Source: an uncultured Chroococcidiopsis sp.
GTDB taxonomy: Bacteria > Cyanobacteriota > Cyanobacteriia > Cyanobacteriales > Chroococcidiopsidaceae
Direction of reading: 5' to 3'
NCBI GenBank assembly: GCA_964248365.1
Contig: CAXTYC010000028.1
Span: 1-64,000 of the forward strand
DNA: 64,000 bases
This document shows positions 41,417 through 51,624 of this stretch, piece by piece (position 1 is the stretch's first letter; each line of letters begins with the position of its first letter). The notes below the pieces were generated by a model that made no database searches, was not told the DNA's origin, and saw only the letters and a program-made list of their open reading frames with translations. The translations under genes were made by a program, and so were the position numbers.

Positions 41417-42025
41417 ATGAATTGCCTTTACCGTATCATTTTCATCTTCATTCTGGCAGCTGCCATGATGTTTTTGCCGCAGCCTATATCAATAGCAGCC
41501 ACGAATATTAACCACACAAATCAATTGAGCGCTGACGACTTGTTCAAACGCGGAGTATATGAGGCGCTAATTGGCAACTACAAGCTAGCAATTGAGGACT
41601 TTAACCAAGTGATTCAGATTCGTCCTAATGATGCTATAGCATACGCTAATAAAGGTTTAGCACGGGCGGCAACTGGAGAGCAACACGAAGCGATCGCAGA
41701 TTTTAACTCTGCACTACGCCTCAATCCTGATCTAGAAGTTGCTTACTACAACCGAGGTTATATTCGCTTTGAACTGCAAGACTATCAAGGAGCGTTGGCA
41801 GACTTTAATCAAGCAATTGCGATCGATCCCCAAAATGCAGATGCTTATCACTGTCGCTGTCTAGTTCGCCACCAACTTGGAGATATGCGGGGAGTAGTTG
41901 AGGATTTACATACAAGCGGTGAACTCTATTTAAAACGAGGAAAGCTAGATAAATACCAAAGTTTACTCGACGTAATTAAACAGTTGCATTCACCAACAAA
42001 AGCAAACTATTTTTCTATTTCTTAG
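41417..42025 (+). CDS. Secreted TPR protein
   Basis: Signal peptide; AI.DF.QAI..P..A.AY.NRG repeats. Confidence 0.9.
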   Translation: MNCLYRIIFIFILAAAMMFLPQPISIAATNINHTNQLSADDLFKRGVYEALIGNYKLAIEDFNQVIQIRPNDAIAYANKGLARAATGEQHEAIADFNSALRLNPDLEVAYYNRGYIRFELQDYQGALADFNQAIAIDPQNADAYHCRCLVRHQLGDMRGVVEDLHTSGELYLKRGKLDKYQSLLDVIKQLHSPTKANYFSIS

Positions 42026-42219
42026 AAAATGTCTGCGTAATTACATTAGCCAGTCGCCTGAGCATTAACCGTTCTATTATGAGCAGCTTAACAATAAATC
42101 TATAACACTACCGTATTATCAAAAGGGTCAGGGCTAGGTCGCATATCCTCTATATATTATAGCCTCTTGCCTCTTGCCTCTTGCCTCTAAACCTATCATC
42201 ACTAAAAATTAAATGTACA

Positions 42220-43934
42220 TCAGCTTATCTTTGTTGCAGCTTTGATACATTCAGCTTTGAGGAGAACTAAATTATCAGTCTTTATAACAGCACAAGCATC
42301 CATTAATGTCGATAAGATAGGGGGATTCTGTAAGTTATTAATCGCTTGTTGTGCTGCTGGCTGATATTGTTGCAACCAGTTATTATTAACTATATATTCA
42401 GACGTAAATGCAGAACGTTCTAACAACCAATAAGTAATGCGGTGTTTTTGGATGAAATCTTTAAGTTGGTTAATATTATGACTATATTGAGTGTTAATTA
42501 AATCAAGCATTCGCTGCTTGAATTGAGCGTAATATTTGGTATGGAAGGGTAAAGCGAATTCTTTACCTACCAAAACCGACCTGTTCGCAAAGATGGGAAT
42601 GTTATCTGCTTCTTCAGAAGTGGATGCAATGACAATATCTTGCGGTTGTTGCAGTAAAAACTCATACAATACAGGTACAGTACCCGTTACATAGGGAGTT
42701 TTGGGGAAAGATTTTAAAGTGCTAGGGTAAAAAATTAGCACAACACCAATAATACCTGCGCACCCGAAAGCGACAAATTGCCTTTTATTCGCTTTCGACC
42801 ATTGCACTACAGCATCCACAATTACAGTCAGCGCGATCGCACTAGCTAAAGCAAGTACCATCTTAAAGGTATGATGGGTGTACCGACTAGGCCAATGTAG
42901 CTTAAATGCGACGGCATGAGCAGTAAAAAACATCGTTAAACACGCTATTACTACCTGTGGCAAAATTTTGATATTATCTTTTACCTGCTTAACTAGGGGA
43001 AAGCGAGACGGGAACTTGAGGATAATTGGTAATAAAAAGCCGATTAATAGTTGCAAAGGTGCAATTAATGCCAAACAACCGCTATCTCTACCATCTAGCC
43101 AAAAACTAATAGTATTATGAGTAAAGTAACTGACTCTGCCTCCATGCCAATACTCTGGCATAGTTCGAGCGGAGGCAGCAGTAATTGTTGGTCCGAATTG
43201 ACCCGCTTGAATTGCATAAGGTAAAATTATTGCACCACAAATAATCACCGCAGCAGCGAATAGTCGAAAATCTTTGCGGTTTTGAGCAAAGCTGATTCTT
43301 CGATTATGTAAGCTAAATAACCTCAGAAATAAAATTAATAAATCTACGAAAGCTATTAAAGGATATATTAAAGCTTGGAGTGCGATCGCACTCAATGTAC
43401 CTAACCAAGAATTTCGTAATAAATAATATATAAATGCCAAAAATAGCGGATAAATAAAATCTCTAGGAGTGGCAGAAAATAAATCATCGTGCAAACCAAG
43501 ACTTTGGTTCAAAAGTAAGGTAGCCATAAATCCTGCCATTGGTACTGCGAGTATCTGCATACAGACTACAAAGCAATAGCTAGTTGTAATCGTTCCCACC
43601 ACTATTGGGAAAATTTTGCTAAACGAAATCGGGTCGATGCCAAGAAAAGTAGTTATTTTATAAATAAGACTATACCCAATTGGTGTAACTGACTGAAAAT
43701 AATCAGCAATCAAATCATTTGGAAATAAATTTTTGTTGAAGTAGCGATATACCCAAGGGAGATATTCTCGTGCATCATCGCTAACTACATACTTACTACT
43801 AAAACCTTGCCGCATTCCGATGACAATGTAAGTAATCGCAAAAGCTAGGCTTAAGCTGTACCAAAAAATCACAGCTGACCGAGATTTATTTTGTTGATTT
43901 TCTTGATTAATTGGTATTGTCGAAAATACTTGCA
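42220..43934 (-). CDS. Polytopic membrane protein, GT-C glycosyltransferase-like
   Basis: SDDAREY after the first TM, ~11 hydrophobic segments, soluble C-terminal domain. Confidence 0.65.
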
Positions 43935-44431
43935 TTTGGCTCTTACAGTAAAAACATAAGCCCACTTTACTATATTTGGTGTTGGTTATTACCTAACGAA
44001 CCGCAAAATATAAAAGTTTGTAACTACTCAGGTTGCAGAGGAAGAAAAACAGGGACTTCCATAAAAACTTGCAAGCTGTAAAAAATCCGTTGATGCCAGG
44101 CTGAGCCTGGAAATGAAGCATTTTCTACTCGCACTCAGGCTTAGCCCACAAGGCATAGGGCGCTCTGCTCCCTACCGTTTGCATACTCATAGGCATTACC
44201 AACCTTTCTGATTAAATACCACAGAATTAACTCCTAAATTCTTAAAGATTTTAAGTATTTCTTAAGTGATATTACTGATGACCCAAGTTAGCATGGCTAG
44301 GCTAACTTAGTACAAATAAATTCAGCCTTTGCAAGTTTCAAATCCCCATTTGAAGGGAAAGAAACTTTGCTATAAAGCTTGAATTATCTTCATCAATTCA
44401 GCAATTCATTTATAACTCATCTGTCTTTTCT

Positions 44432-45562
44432 GTGGCACTTCCAACAGTTACTCCAGGTCAATCACTTAGCCCTCAACAAAAAACGGGTTTAAATCTAGTT
44501 ACTCATTTACACAAAGGACGTGATGTTGTATTAGCAATTGACCTGACCGAGAGTGTAGGAATAAACAGCGAAGGTCGCATCCGCCTACGTCAGATTATAG
44601 AAGATAGCTTAAAGCCTGGGGATTCAGTATATGTTGTTCCTTTTGCATCTGATGTAAGTTCACTTGAGAGCGTATCAGATTCAAATCCATTGGGAACCCC
44701 GATCAATTTTGGTAGCAAAAGTCAAGACAATATTGAAAAAATTTTACAAAAAATACCACAATCAGCCGATTTAAAGCTGCAAAATACAGATATTCAACGA
44801 GCAGAGTTAACCGTTTATCAAGGTGTAGCTCAACTGAATCAAAATCGTCTGCAACAAAATCAACCAATCAAGCCACAATCAATTGTTTGGATTACTGATG
44901 CGCCACTTTTAGCTAATTCAGGTAAAGAGTGGATTGAAACTCCAGCTAATAGCCCTTTTAGAGTAAAAGATTCTCCAGAAAGTCAAGCTCGTCAGGCTTG
45001 GCTGAAAACTTTACCGTTGCATAAACGAGAGTTATTAATTAAGAATAACCATAAAGAATACAAAATTGCTGTTGTTGATATAGATCCAACCGTTCAAGAG
45101 TTTTGCACTATAGCACCCAGCGGTCAGGAAATTTGTAAAGTAAATTCTTACTTATTTGGGCAGTTATGGTTCCCTACATTAATATTATCTCTTGGATTAG
45201 CTTTTATCCCATTTTTACTGTGGTATTTGATTAGTCTTCGCAAAAAATGGCGGATTATAGTAACTTCTGATTTTAACGAAGATGAAAAAGAATGCCGTCC
45301 TCTACTACCTGGTAAATGTTACGCCATTGGTGCGGCAGACTCTAGGTGTGTAGATGAAATTGAGTGTCCTGGTTCAGAAGTAAGAGCTTATCTAGAACGT
45401 AGAGGCAATCAACTTTATTTAGTGCCTACTATATTAGCACCAATTCACTGGAATGGTAAAGAACTTATTAAGCGGACTCGCTTAACTGGTAATCGAATAA
45501 AACTGAATTGCCCCGACGAAAAAAGTGGTGATTTCTATATCGACCTCAAACTTAAGAAATAA
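44432..45562 (+). CDS. vWA domain + TM helix + FHA-like C-terminal domain
   Basis: DVVLAIDLTESVG (MIDAS-like), NTDI, WITDA; TM LWFPTLILSLGLAFIPFLLWYLI; beta-rich tail AIG...AYLERRGNQLYL...WNGKEL. Confidence 0.75.
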   Translation: MALPTVTPGQSLSPQQKTGLNLVTHLHKGRDVVLAIDLTESVGINSEGRIRLRQIIEDSLKPGDSVYVVPFASDVSSLESVSDSNPLGTPINFGSKSQDNIEKILQKIPQSADLKLQNTDIQRAELTVYQGVAQLNQNRLQQNQPIKPQSIVWITDAPLLANSGKEWIETPANSPFRVKDSPESQARQAWLKTLPLHKRELLIKNNHKEYKIAVVDIDPTVQEFCTIAPSGQEICKVNSYLFGQLWFPTLILSLGLAFIPFLLWYLISLRKKWRIIVTSDFNEDEKECRPLLPGKCYAIGAADSRCVDEIECPGSEVRAYLERRGNQLYLVPTILAPIHWNGKELIKRTRLTGNRIKLNCPDEKSGDFYIDLKLKK

Positions 45563-45582
45563 CTTTATAACGAAGGTAAATT

Positions 45583-48500
45583 ATGTACAATCAATCTTCG
45601 GCAAATGAAAGACAGTATCAGGGAATCAACCGTACTATTTGCATCGGCTTAGGAGGTACAGGTAGAGATGTATTAATGCGAATTCGTCGTCTAATTGTAG
45701 ACCAATACAAAGATTTGAGTAACTTACCCGTTGTTAGCTTTGTTCATATTGATACTGACAAAGAAGCAACTCAATCTGTTAGTTTGCGTACAGGTAACAT
45801 CTATCAAGGTGTTGACTTGGGATTTCAAGATGCAGAAAAAGTCAACGCTACAATGACGGCGCAGCAAGTTTCTGAGTTAGTTCAAGGACTAGAGCAATGT
45901 CGTTCTAACCGTCTTCAACCCAGTCCTTACGAACATATTGCTCAGTGGTTCCCGCCACAGCTTTTACGCAATGTCAGAGCAATAGATCAAGGTGCACAAG
46001 GTATTAGACCTGTAGGTAGATTAGCCTTCTTTCACAACTATCTGAAAATTAAGCAAGCTATTGAAATCGCAGAACAGCGGACAAGAGGACATGAGCAAGA
46101 TTTACTGCGAAATTTTGGTTTAATTGTTGACCCAGGATTGAATATTGTTGTTGTAGGTTCTCTGTGCGGTGGTACAGGTAGTGGCACATTTTTAGACATA
46201 GCTTATAGTCTTAGATATGCCTACCCTGATGTCAAACAACTTCTCGGTTATTTAGTTATTAGTCCTGAGTTATATGGTAACACTCCTAATATGTGTGCCA
46301 ATACTTACGCTGCTTTGATGGAACTTGACTATTATTCTAGCCCTGGTACAGAGTTTAAGGCTTGCTATAACCAGCAATATCTCACAGTTGTACAAGAAAA
46401 ACGTCCTCCTTTTGACTATACTTATTTAGTTTCTAAATCTACTGAGCAGGGTAATTATGTTATTGATAAACAGCGAAAGCTTTGTAATGTAATTGCTCAT
46501 AAGATTGCTCTAGATTTTTCGAGCGAATTGGCTCCCATTGTCAAGGGAATGAGAGATAATTTTGCTCAACATCTAATTCAGGAAGACGATCATCCTCGTC
46601 CTAATAGCCAAGGGTATCTAACATTTGGGTTAGCTGCTATTTATTTTCCACGCGATCGCATTTCCCAAATCACAGTAGCACGGATTAATTCAAAACTAGT
46701 TAATTTCTGGCTGATGGGAGAAGGACAAAGCCCAGATCCTGTTAAATTGCTAGATCAATTTCTAATTGAATATCGCTGGCACAGTAATTTAGACAAAAAA
46801 GATGGTCTAATTACGAAACTAGAAGCAACAACCCTAGAATCAGAAAAAAATTTCACTAACTTAATGAATGCTTGGAAAACTAAGCAAGAAAATAAAATTA
46901 GTGAATGCAAAAATAAAGACGATCGCTCTAGTTTGCTCCGACAACTACAAAGAGATTTCAAAGAGCAATTTTATAAGATTAAATTTGGAGAAACAGAAAG
47001 TAACAGAGGAATTTGGTTAACCAAGCTAATTAAGAGTCGTGCAAATTTAGCTTTGCAACTGCGGCAAGATATTGATAGTTACTTATCTGGTATACTTACA
47101 CCCAGTAACCAACACTTTTCTATTGCCAACGTTCGTAACTGGCTAGATACTCTTCAGACAGAGTTGAATACCTATCAATATGATTTAGAAGAAAAAATCA
47201 GAGGATTGAATAATTCCAGAAACCTGGAAGAACTAGAGAAGAAATGGGAACAGACAAACAAAACTATTCAAGACATTGAGGAAGAATTTAACTTACCAGT
47301 ATTCAGTAATAAAAACAGTCGTGTACAAGATGAAGCAAGAAAGGTAGCTAAAGAGACTGAAAATGCTATTAAACATAACTTTAATCTGGCTGTAGCACTT
47401 GAAGCTCTAGAAATCGTTAAGGTTTTACAACAGCACACGCAAATAAGAGCTAGTCAGTCAACCAACTTATATCGCCTAGTAGATGACTTAAAAAGTCACT
47501 ATGAGAAAATGCAAGCTGCGCTCAAACAATCAAATTCTGACGAAATGAGCGGCGAGGAAATCTTTTCTGATGAAGACCTTGATATTTGTTACAATGCTTT
47601 GTTGCCACAAAAAGAATACCGCTCTCAGGTTGTACAAATTACTCAGAAAATCTTAGAACCAATAGGAGTCGGACAATCTTTAGCAATTCTTTTAGATCAA
47701 AGTCTCACAAATACCGAACAGCTTAAACACGAAATTGACTCTACAGTTAACCATTTATTTGGTTCTCGTAGTGCTGATATTGTACAATCTGTAATCAAGC
47801 GCTTCACCCACAAATATCCGTCTTCAGAACGTGCAGTTCGGTTAGGACAAATTCTCCGCGAAGCTCAACCGCTTCTACCGCTTAACTTAACTGCTCCATA
47901 CTTTCACAATAATTCTGCTAAACAAAGTAAGCTGGTGGGTTTCAAAGTTACTGATGAGCCTGAAGTTAAACAATTCAATACTGTTTTAACAGACAAATTG
48001 GCAATTCCAGATAACGTACTCAAGCCTACTCAAGCAGAGGATAAAGTTGTAATTGTCAGTGAATATGCTGCTTTTCCACTTAGATTAATTGATGGTTTGC
48101 AGCAGTTGAAAGATCATTACTACCTGCAAAGAAAACATTCGGCTAATGCTCCACTGCATAACGAGCGCCGCGACGACATATTTACAGACATTATTCCACC
48201 AGATGTATCAGTCATGCAGGATTTACAGGATATTTTCTATCCTTGTCTTGCTTTTGAATTAATTCAACAGAACCAGGAAACACAGCAACTAGAGTTTCAA
48301 TATTTTGATGAATTCCGAGGTGTTTACAAAACAGATTCTCTTAGTCCAACTTGGAAACAAGGCCTTCAAGAATTGGTTAATAATTCTAACATGAGAGTGG
48401 CTCTCCAGCAATTACTTGATAGAGCCATTACAGACATAGAAAATCAACGGACAAAATGGCAGGGATACTACTTGCCTAAACTCCAAAAATTTGTTGATCA

Positions 48501-48861
48501 GGTTGATAATTTGCCAGATGACGATATTAATTATCCTTACCGTTTTATGGTAGTTGGTTCACGGGGAACTGATGACACTTCTGCTAAAGAAGGAGTTATT
48601 AACCGCTTTTATACACGAATGCAACAGCGAGTTAAAGCTTTACCAGAGCAAAATAAAGTTTTACCAGCAAGTACCCCAAGTCAAAAAGTTCTCACTGGCG
48701 AAGTAGTTGACGATTATGCAACAGATTCTGGTGACAATAGAACACGACGGCGGGTAGAACTGGAAAGGCTAAAACAGGATGTTGATGATGGCATTATTAC
48801 CCAAGAAGAGTATGAATACGAACGCCAGGAAATCCTGAATAAATATCCTTTGCGGAGATAA
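45583..48861 (+). CDS. Tubulin/FtsZ-like GTPase (Tubulin_2/FtsZl type) with long helical region and SHOCT-like C-terminus
   Basis: IGLGGTG (T1), HIDTD, GAQGIRPVGR (T3), SLCGGTGSG (tubulin signature); C-terminal ELERLKQDVDDGIITQEEYEYERQEIL. Confidence 0.9.
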   Translation: MYNQSSANERQYQGINRTICIGLGGTGRDVLMRIRRLIVDQYKDLSNLPVVSFVHIDTDKEATQSVSLRTGNIYQGVDLGFQDAEKVNATMTAQQVSELVQGLEQCRSNRLQPSPYEHIAQWFPPQLLRNVRAIDQGAQGIRPVGRLAFFHNYLKIKQAIEIAEQRTRGHEQDLLRNFGLIVDPGLNIVVVGSLCGGTGSGTFLDIAYSLRYAYPDVKQLLGYLVISPELYGNTPNMCANTYAALMELDYYSSPGTEFKACYNQQYLTVVQEKRPPFDYTYLVSKSTEQGNYVIDKQRKLCNVIAHKIALDFSSELAPIVKGMRDNFAQHLIQEDDHPRPNSQGYLTFGLAAIYFPRDRISQITVARINSKLVNFWLMGEGQSPDPVKLLDQFLIEYRWHSNLDKKDGLITKLEATTLESEKNFTNLMNAWKTKQENKISECKNKDDRSSLLRQLQRDFKEQFYKIKFGETESNRGIWLTKLIKSRANLALQLRQDIDSYLSGILTPSNQHFSIANVRNWLDTLQTELNTYQYDLEEKIRGLNNSRNLEELEKKWEQTNKTIQDIEEEFNLPVFSNKNSRVQDEARKVAKETENAIKHNFNLAVALEALEIVKVLQQHTQIRASQSTNLYRLVDDLKSHYEKMQAALKQSNSDEMSGEEIFSDEDLDICYNALLPQKEYRSQVVQITQKILEPIGVGQSLAILLDQSLTNTEQLKHEIDSTVNHLFGSRSADIVQSVIKRFTHKYPSSERAVRLGQILREAQPLLPLNLTAPYFHNNSAKQSKLVGFKVTDEPEVKQFNTVLTDKLAIPDNVLKPTQAEDKVVIVSEYAAFPLRLIDGLQQLKDHYYLQRKHSANAPLHNERRDDIFTDIIPPDVSVMQDLQDIFYPCLAFELIQQNQETQQLEFQYFDEFRGVYKTDSLSPTWKQGLQELVNNSNMRVALQQLLDRAITDIENQRTKWQGYYLPKLQKFVDQVDNLPDDDINYPYRFMVVGSRGTDDTSAKEGVINRFYTRMQQRVKALPEQNKVLPASTPSQKVLTGEVVDDYATDSGDNRTRRRVELERLKQDVDDGIITQEEYEYERQEILNKYPLRR

Positions 48862-48879
48862 GTATTTAGTGTTTTTTTA

Positions 48880-48900
48880 GGTGGGCAATGCCCACCCTAC
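48880..48900. repeat. REP-like palindrome; second copy at 57371-57391
   Basis: GGTGGGCAATGCCCACCCTAC. Confidence 0.8.
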
Positions 48901-48929
48901 GGATTTATCTAATTTGAGATTAAAAGTTT

Positions 48930-50510
48930 ATGGATATTTCACTTGCGAAATTTATAGCTTTATTGCCACCGTATTTAGTTATTCTTATTTTTGTATTGGT
49001 AATTTTACCATCTTTAGCAACTATTTGTTTACGCTTTGCTCTATATAAGCGTCTTGTTTTTTTAGAAAAGCGTGTCAGAAGACTAATTAATCGGGGAGAG
49101 CGAGGTAAGCAGCCAGAAATTATTGAAGAATTGGAAAGAAGGTTCAAGGAAGCTAGCAGCAACTTAGATCATGTTAATACAGCAGCATTAATAGAGCAAG
49201 TTTATAGCCGCGAGAAGGTTTTGTTTTTTTCTTGTGAACAAATTGATTACTTCTGCCGTAATCTACCTAATTTGCTAATAGCTTTTGGTTTGTTAGGAAC
49301 TTTTATAGGTATTACAGTAAATTTGACTTCCTTGAGTCAATCAATTAGTCAAACTAATAGTAACGATGTTACCAGTTTAGTGCGCGAACTACAGGAACCT
49401 TTAAAAGGTATGGGTATTGCCTTTACTACTAGCTTGACTGGTATATTCTGTAGTGCTTCATTAACAATATTTAATTTAATTTTCAATACCAATGTAACTA
49501 AGTATAAGCTGATTAGTGCTATTGAAGATTATCTAGATAATATTTATTTACCGAAAGTTCAAGGAAATAATCGCTTAGATAAAGCTGTCGATCGCTTAGT
49601 ATTTGAATTTAAAGATTTTTTGGGCAGATTTGGTACTACTGTACGCGATGCGGTAGAGTCATCGCTAGGGGCAAAAATTCAACAAATTGTTGATGTCAAT
49701 AAACAAGCAACTGATCTAGCTCGTCAAGTTTACACTGGATTTCAAGAATCTTCAGGCACAATATCTAGTTCTGCTAGTGAATTCAAATATGCTATTTCTA
49801 CTTTTGAGAATGCTGTAGCGGCGATGATTGCCAATACTGAGAAATATCAACAAGTGGCTAACTTATTTGAAAATAGTCAATTTCCTGAAAAATTATCAAA
49901 GGCTACAGACAAATTAGCTGATATACAGAATAGGTTTTCTCAGTCTGCTTTTAGTTTAGCTAACACGGCTGAATCTATCGAAACGGCAGTAATTGAAACT
50001 AGAAGCTCTAGTCAAAATATCACAAAGTTAGCAGAAGAAATCAGCAATATTAATCAAACCTCGATTCAAGTACTGGAGTTACATCAAAGCAGCCAGCAGT
50101 CTCTTGGTGAAATCATTCCACAACTGAAGGAAGGAGCGCAGAGTTTCCAATTAGCTGTTACCAAGCTTGATAAGCTAGAAAAACGAATTGCAGATAAACC
50201 CGATAGTTGGAGTGATGTACAAGTTGAGTTGGCGCAGTTGGTGGAGACTCTGAAAAATTATACAGAGCAGGTAAATTTGGGGATTGAGAACGTAGGCGAT
50301 CGCTTTGTAGAAAGTATTAGCAATCACACAGATAATAATAAACATCATCTTCTAGCTATTGAACAAAATCTTGAGCAATGTATTAATTCTTTACTTGATA
50401 CCAAATATGAAAATCGCTGGATGACACAATTAATAGAAAAACAGGAAGATACAAATAAATCTAGTAAGTCTGAGTTAAATAATTTATTTAATGGATTAAC
50501 TAAACAATAA
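48930..50510 (+). CDS. ZorA-like MotA/TolQ/ExbB channel subunit with ~300-aa coiled-coil tail
   Basis: Three TMs; PNLLIAFGLLGTFIGI and GMGIAFTTSLTG; long heptad-rich C-terminus. Confidence 0.8.
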   Translation: MDISLAKFIALLPPYLVILIFVLVILPSLATICLRFALYKRLVFLEKRVRRLINRGERGKQPEIIEELERRFKEASSNLDHVNTAALIEQVYSREKVLFFSCEQIDYFCRNLPNLLIAFGLLGTFIGITVNLTSLSQSISQTNSNDVTSLVRELQEPLKGMGIAFTTSLTGIFCSASLTIFNLIFNTNVTKYKLISAIEDYLDNIYLPKVQGNNRLDKAVDRLVFEFKDFLGRFGTTVRDAVESSLGAKIQQIVDVNKQATDLARQVYTGFQESSGTISSSASEFKYAISTFENAVAAMIANTEKYQQVANLFENSQFPEKLSKATDKLADIQNRFSQSAFSLANTAESIETAVIETRSSSQNITKLAEEISNINQTSIQVLELHQSSQQSLGEIIPQLKEGAQSFQLAVTKLDKLEKRIADKPDSWSDVQVELAQLVETLKNYTEQVNLGIENVGDRFVESISNHTDNNKHHLLAIEQNLEQCINSLLDTKYENRWMTQLIEKQEDTNKSSKSELNNLFNGLTKQ

Positions 50511-50568
50511 CTTCTAAAGAGGAACCGGAGTTTTCTAAGCCTCATAAATACTATTTGAGCTTTTTATT

Positions 50569-51363
50569 ATGCGTCATCGTTCACGATATGTTGAGTCGAA
50601 TGAAGACTTAAATATTTGGTCTGCTTTTACAGATTTAATGTCTAATGCTTTCATGATAGCAATCTTATTTTTATTACTAATGATCGTTAAATCTGTAGTT
50701 GCACAATCAACATTAGACAAAACTCTTAATAGTCTAGGTAATAGAAAAGATGAAGTGGGAACATTGGCTAGACAGGTTAAAGTTTTACAAGCGAAAGCAA
50801 ATAGAACTGATGAATTAGAGCGTCAAGTTGCAGTTTTACAAAAACAGCTATCAGGACAAAGAGAAACAGGCGCACCACCGATTATTGTGATTGAAGATGA
50901 ACAAGCCTATCGATTTGCTTCAGGTAGTGCAGAAATTCCGCCGCCAATGAAGACTTATATCAAAAATAAGATAGTACCTGAAATTGAACGCAATACGCAG
51001 CAATATCATATCAATGTGGTAGAGTTAATTGGTCACACTGACGGTCAGGCTAATGGCAGTGCAGCTAGTAATCTAGACGAGAATTTGGAGAAAGTAGCGA
51101 TCGCTCAAAATCCTGTTAGTAATCTGCATTCAGGCTCTAACGCAGATTTGGGACTGATGCGAGCGTTGGCAGTGGTAAGATTACTGCGTGACATCCAGAC
51201 GAAAACTGGACATCTAAAAGGGCTGAAATTTCGAGCCTATTCTGCTGCACAGCTAATTTTACCAAATGGAGAGTTTGCCTCTGTTAGTCGTCATCCAGAT
51301 GCAACCAGGCGACGGATAGAAATTCGTTTTACTCGTTTGGGTGAGGTGACAAGGGTTAGATAG
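50569..51363 (+). CDS. ZorB/MotB-like TM + OmpA-type peptidoglycan-binding protein
   Basis: WSAFTDLM (conserved TM Asp), FASGSAEI, GHTD, RALAV, RRIEIRF. Confidence 0.85.
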   Translation: MRHRSRYVESNEDLNIWSAFTDLMSNAFMIAILFLLLMIVKSVVAQSTLDKTLNSLGNRKDEVGTLARQVKVLQAKANRTDELERQVAVLQKQLSGQRETGAPPIIVIEDEQAYRFASGSAEIPPPMKTYIKNKIVPEIERNTQQYHINVVELIGHTDGQANGSAASNLDENLEKVAIAQNPVSNLHSGSNADLGLMRALAVVRLLRDIQTKTGHLKGLKFRAYSAAQLILPNGEFASVSRHPDATRRRIEIRFTRLGEVTRVR

Positions 51364-51624
51364 CAAGCGCGATCGCACAATCCGCAATAAACGTATACAC
51401 ACAAATGTTTTGTCGGGGCGGGTTTAGTCAAGCTACTTGGATAATTATGCCTTCAGTCGCTTAGGATGAATTTAAAAGTATAAAGGTGCTGTATTGAACC
51501 TCGCAGCAATTGTACAGGAGGTCTCATGGTGGCGCTCATGCTAAATGTTAAAGGGGCAAAGAAAATTCAATCCCTTTTCCCCTTTCCCTTTCCCCTTTTC
51601 CCTACGAGGCAAGAAGTCTATTGT

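Noticed and set aside
48930..51363. Flagellar stator motAB or chemotaxis receptor
   Set aside because: Cyanobacterial host with no flagellar or che genes here; three-TM plus long-tail layout fits ZorA better
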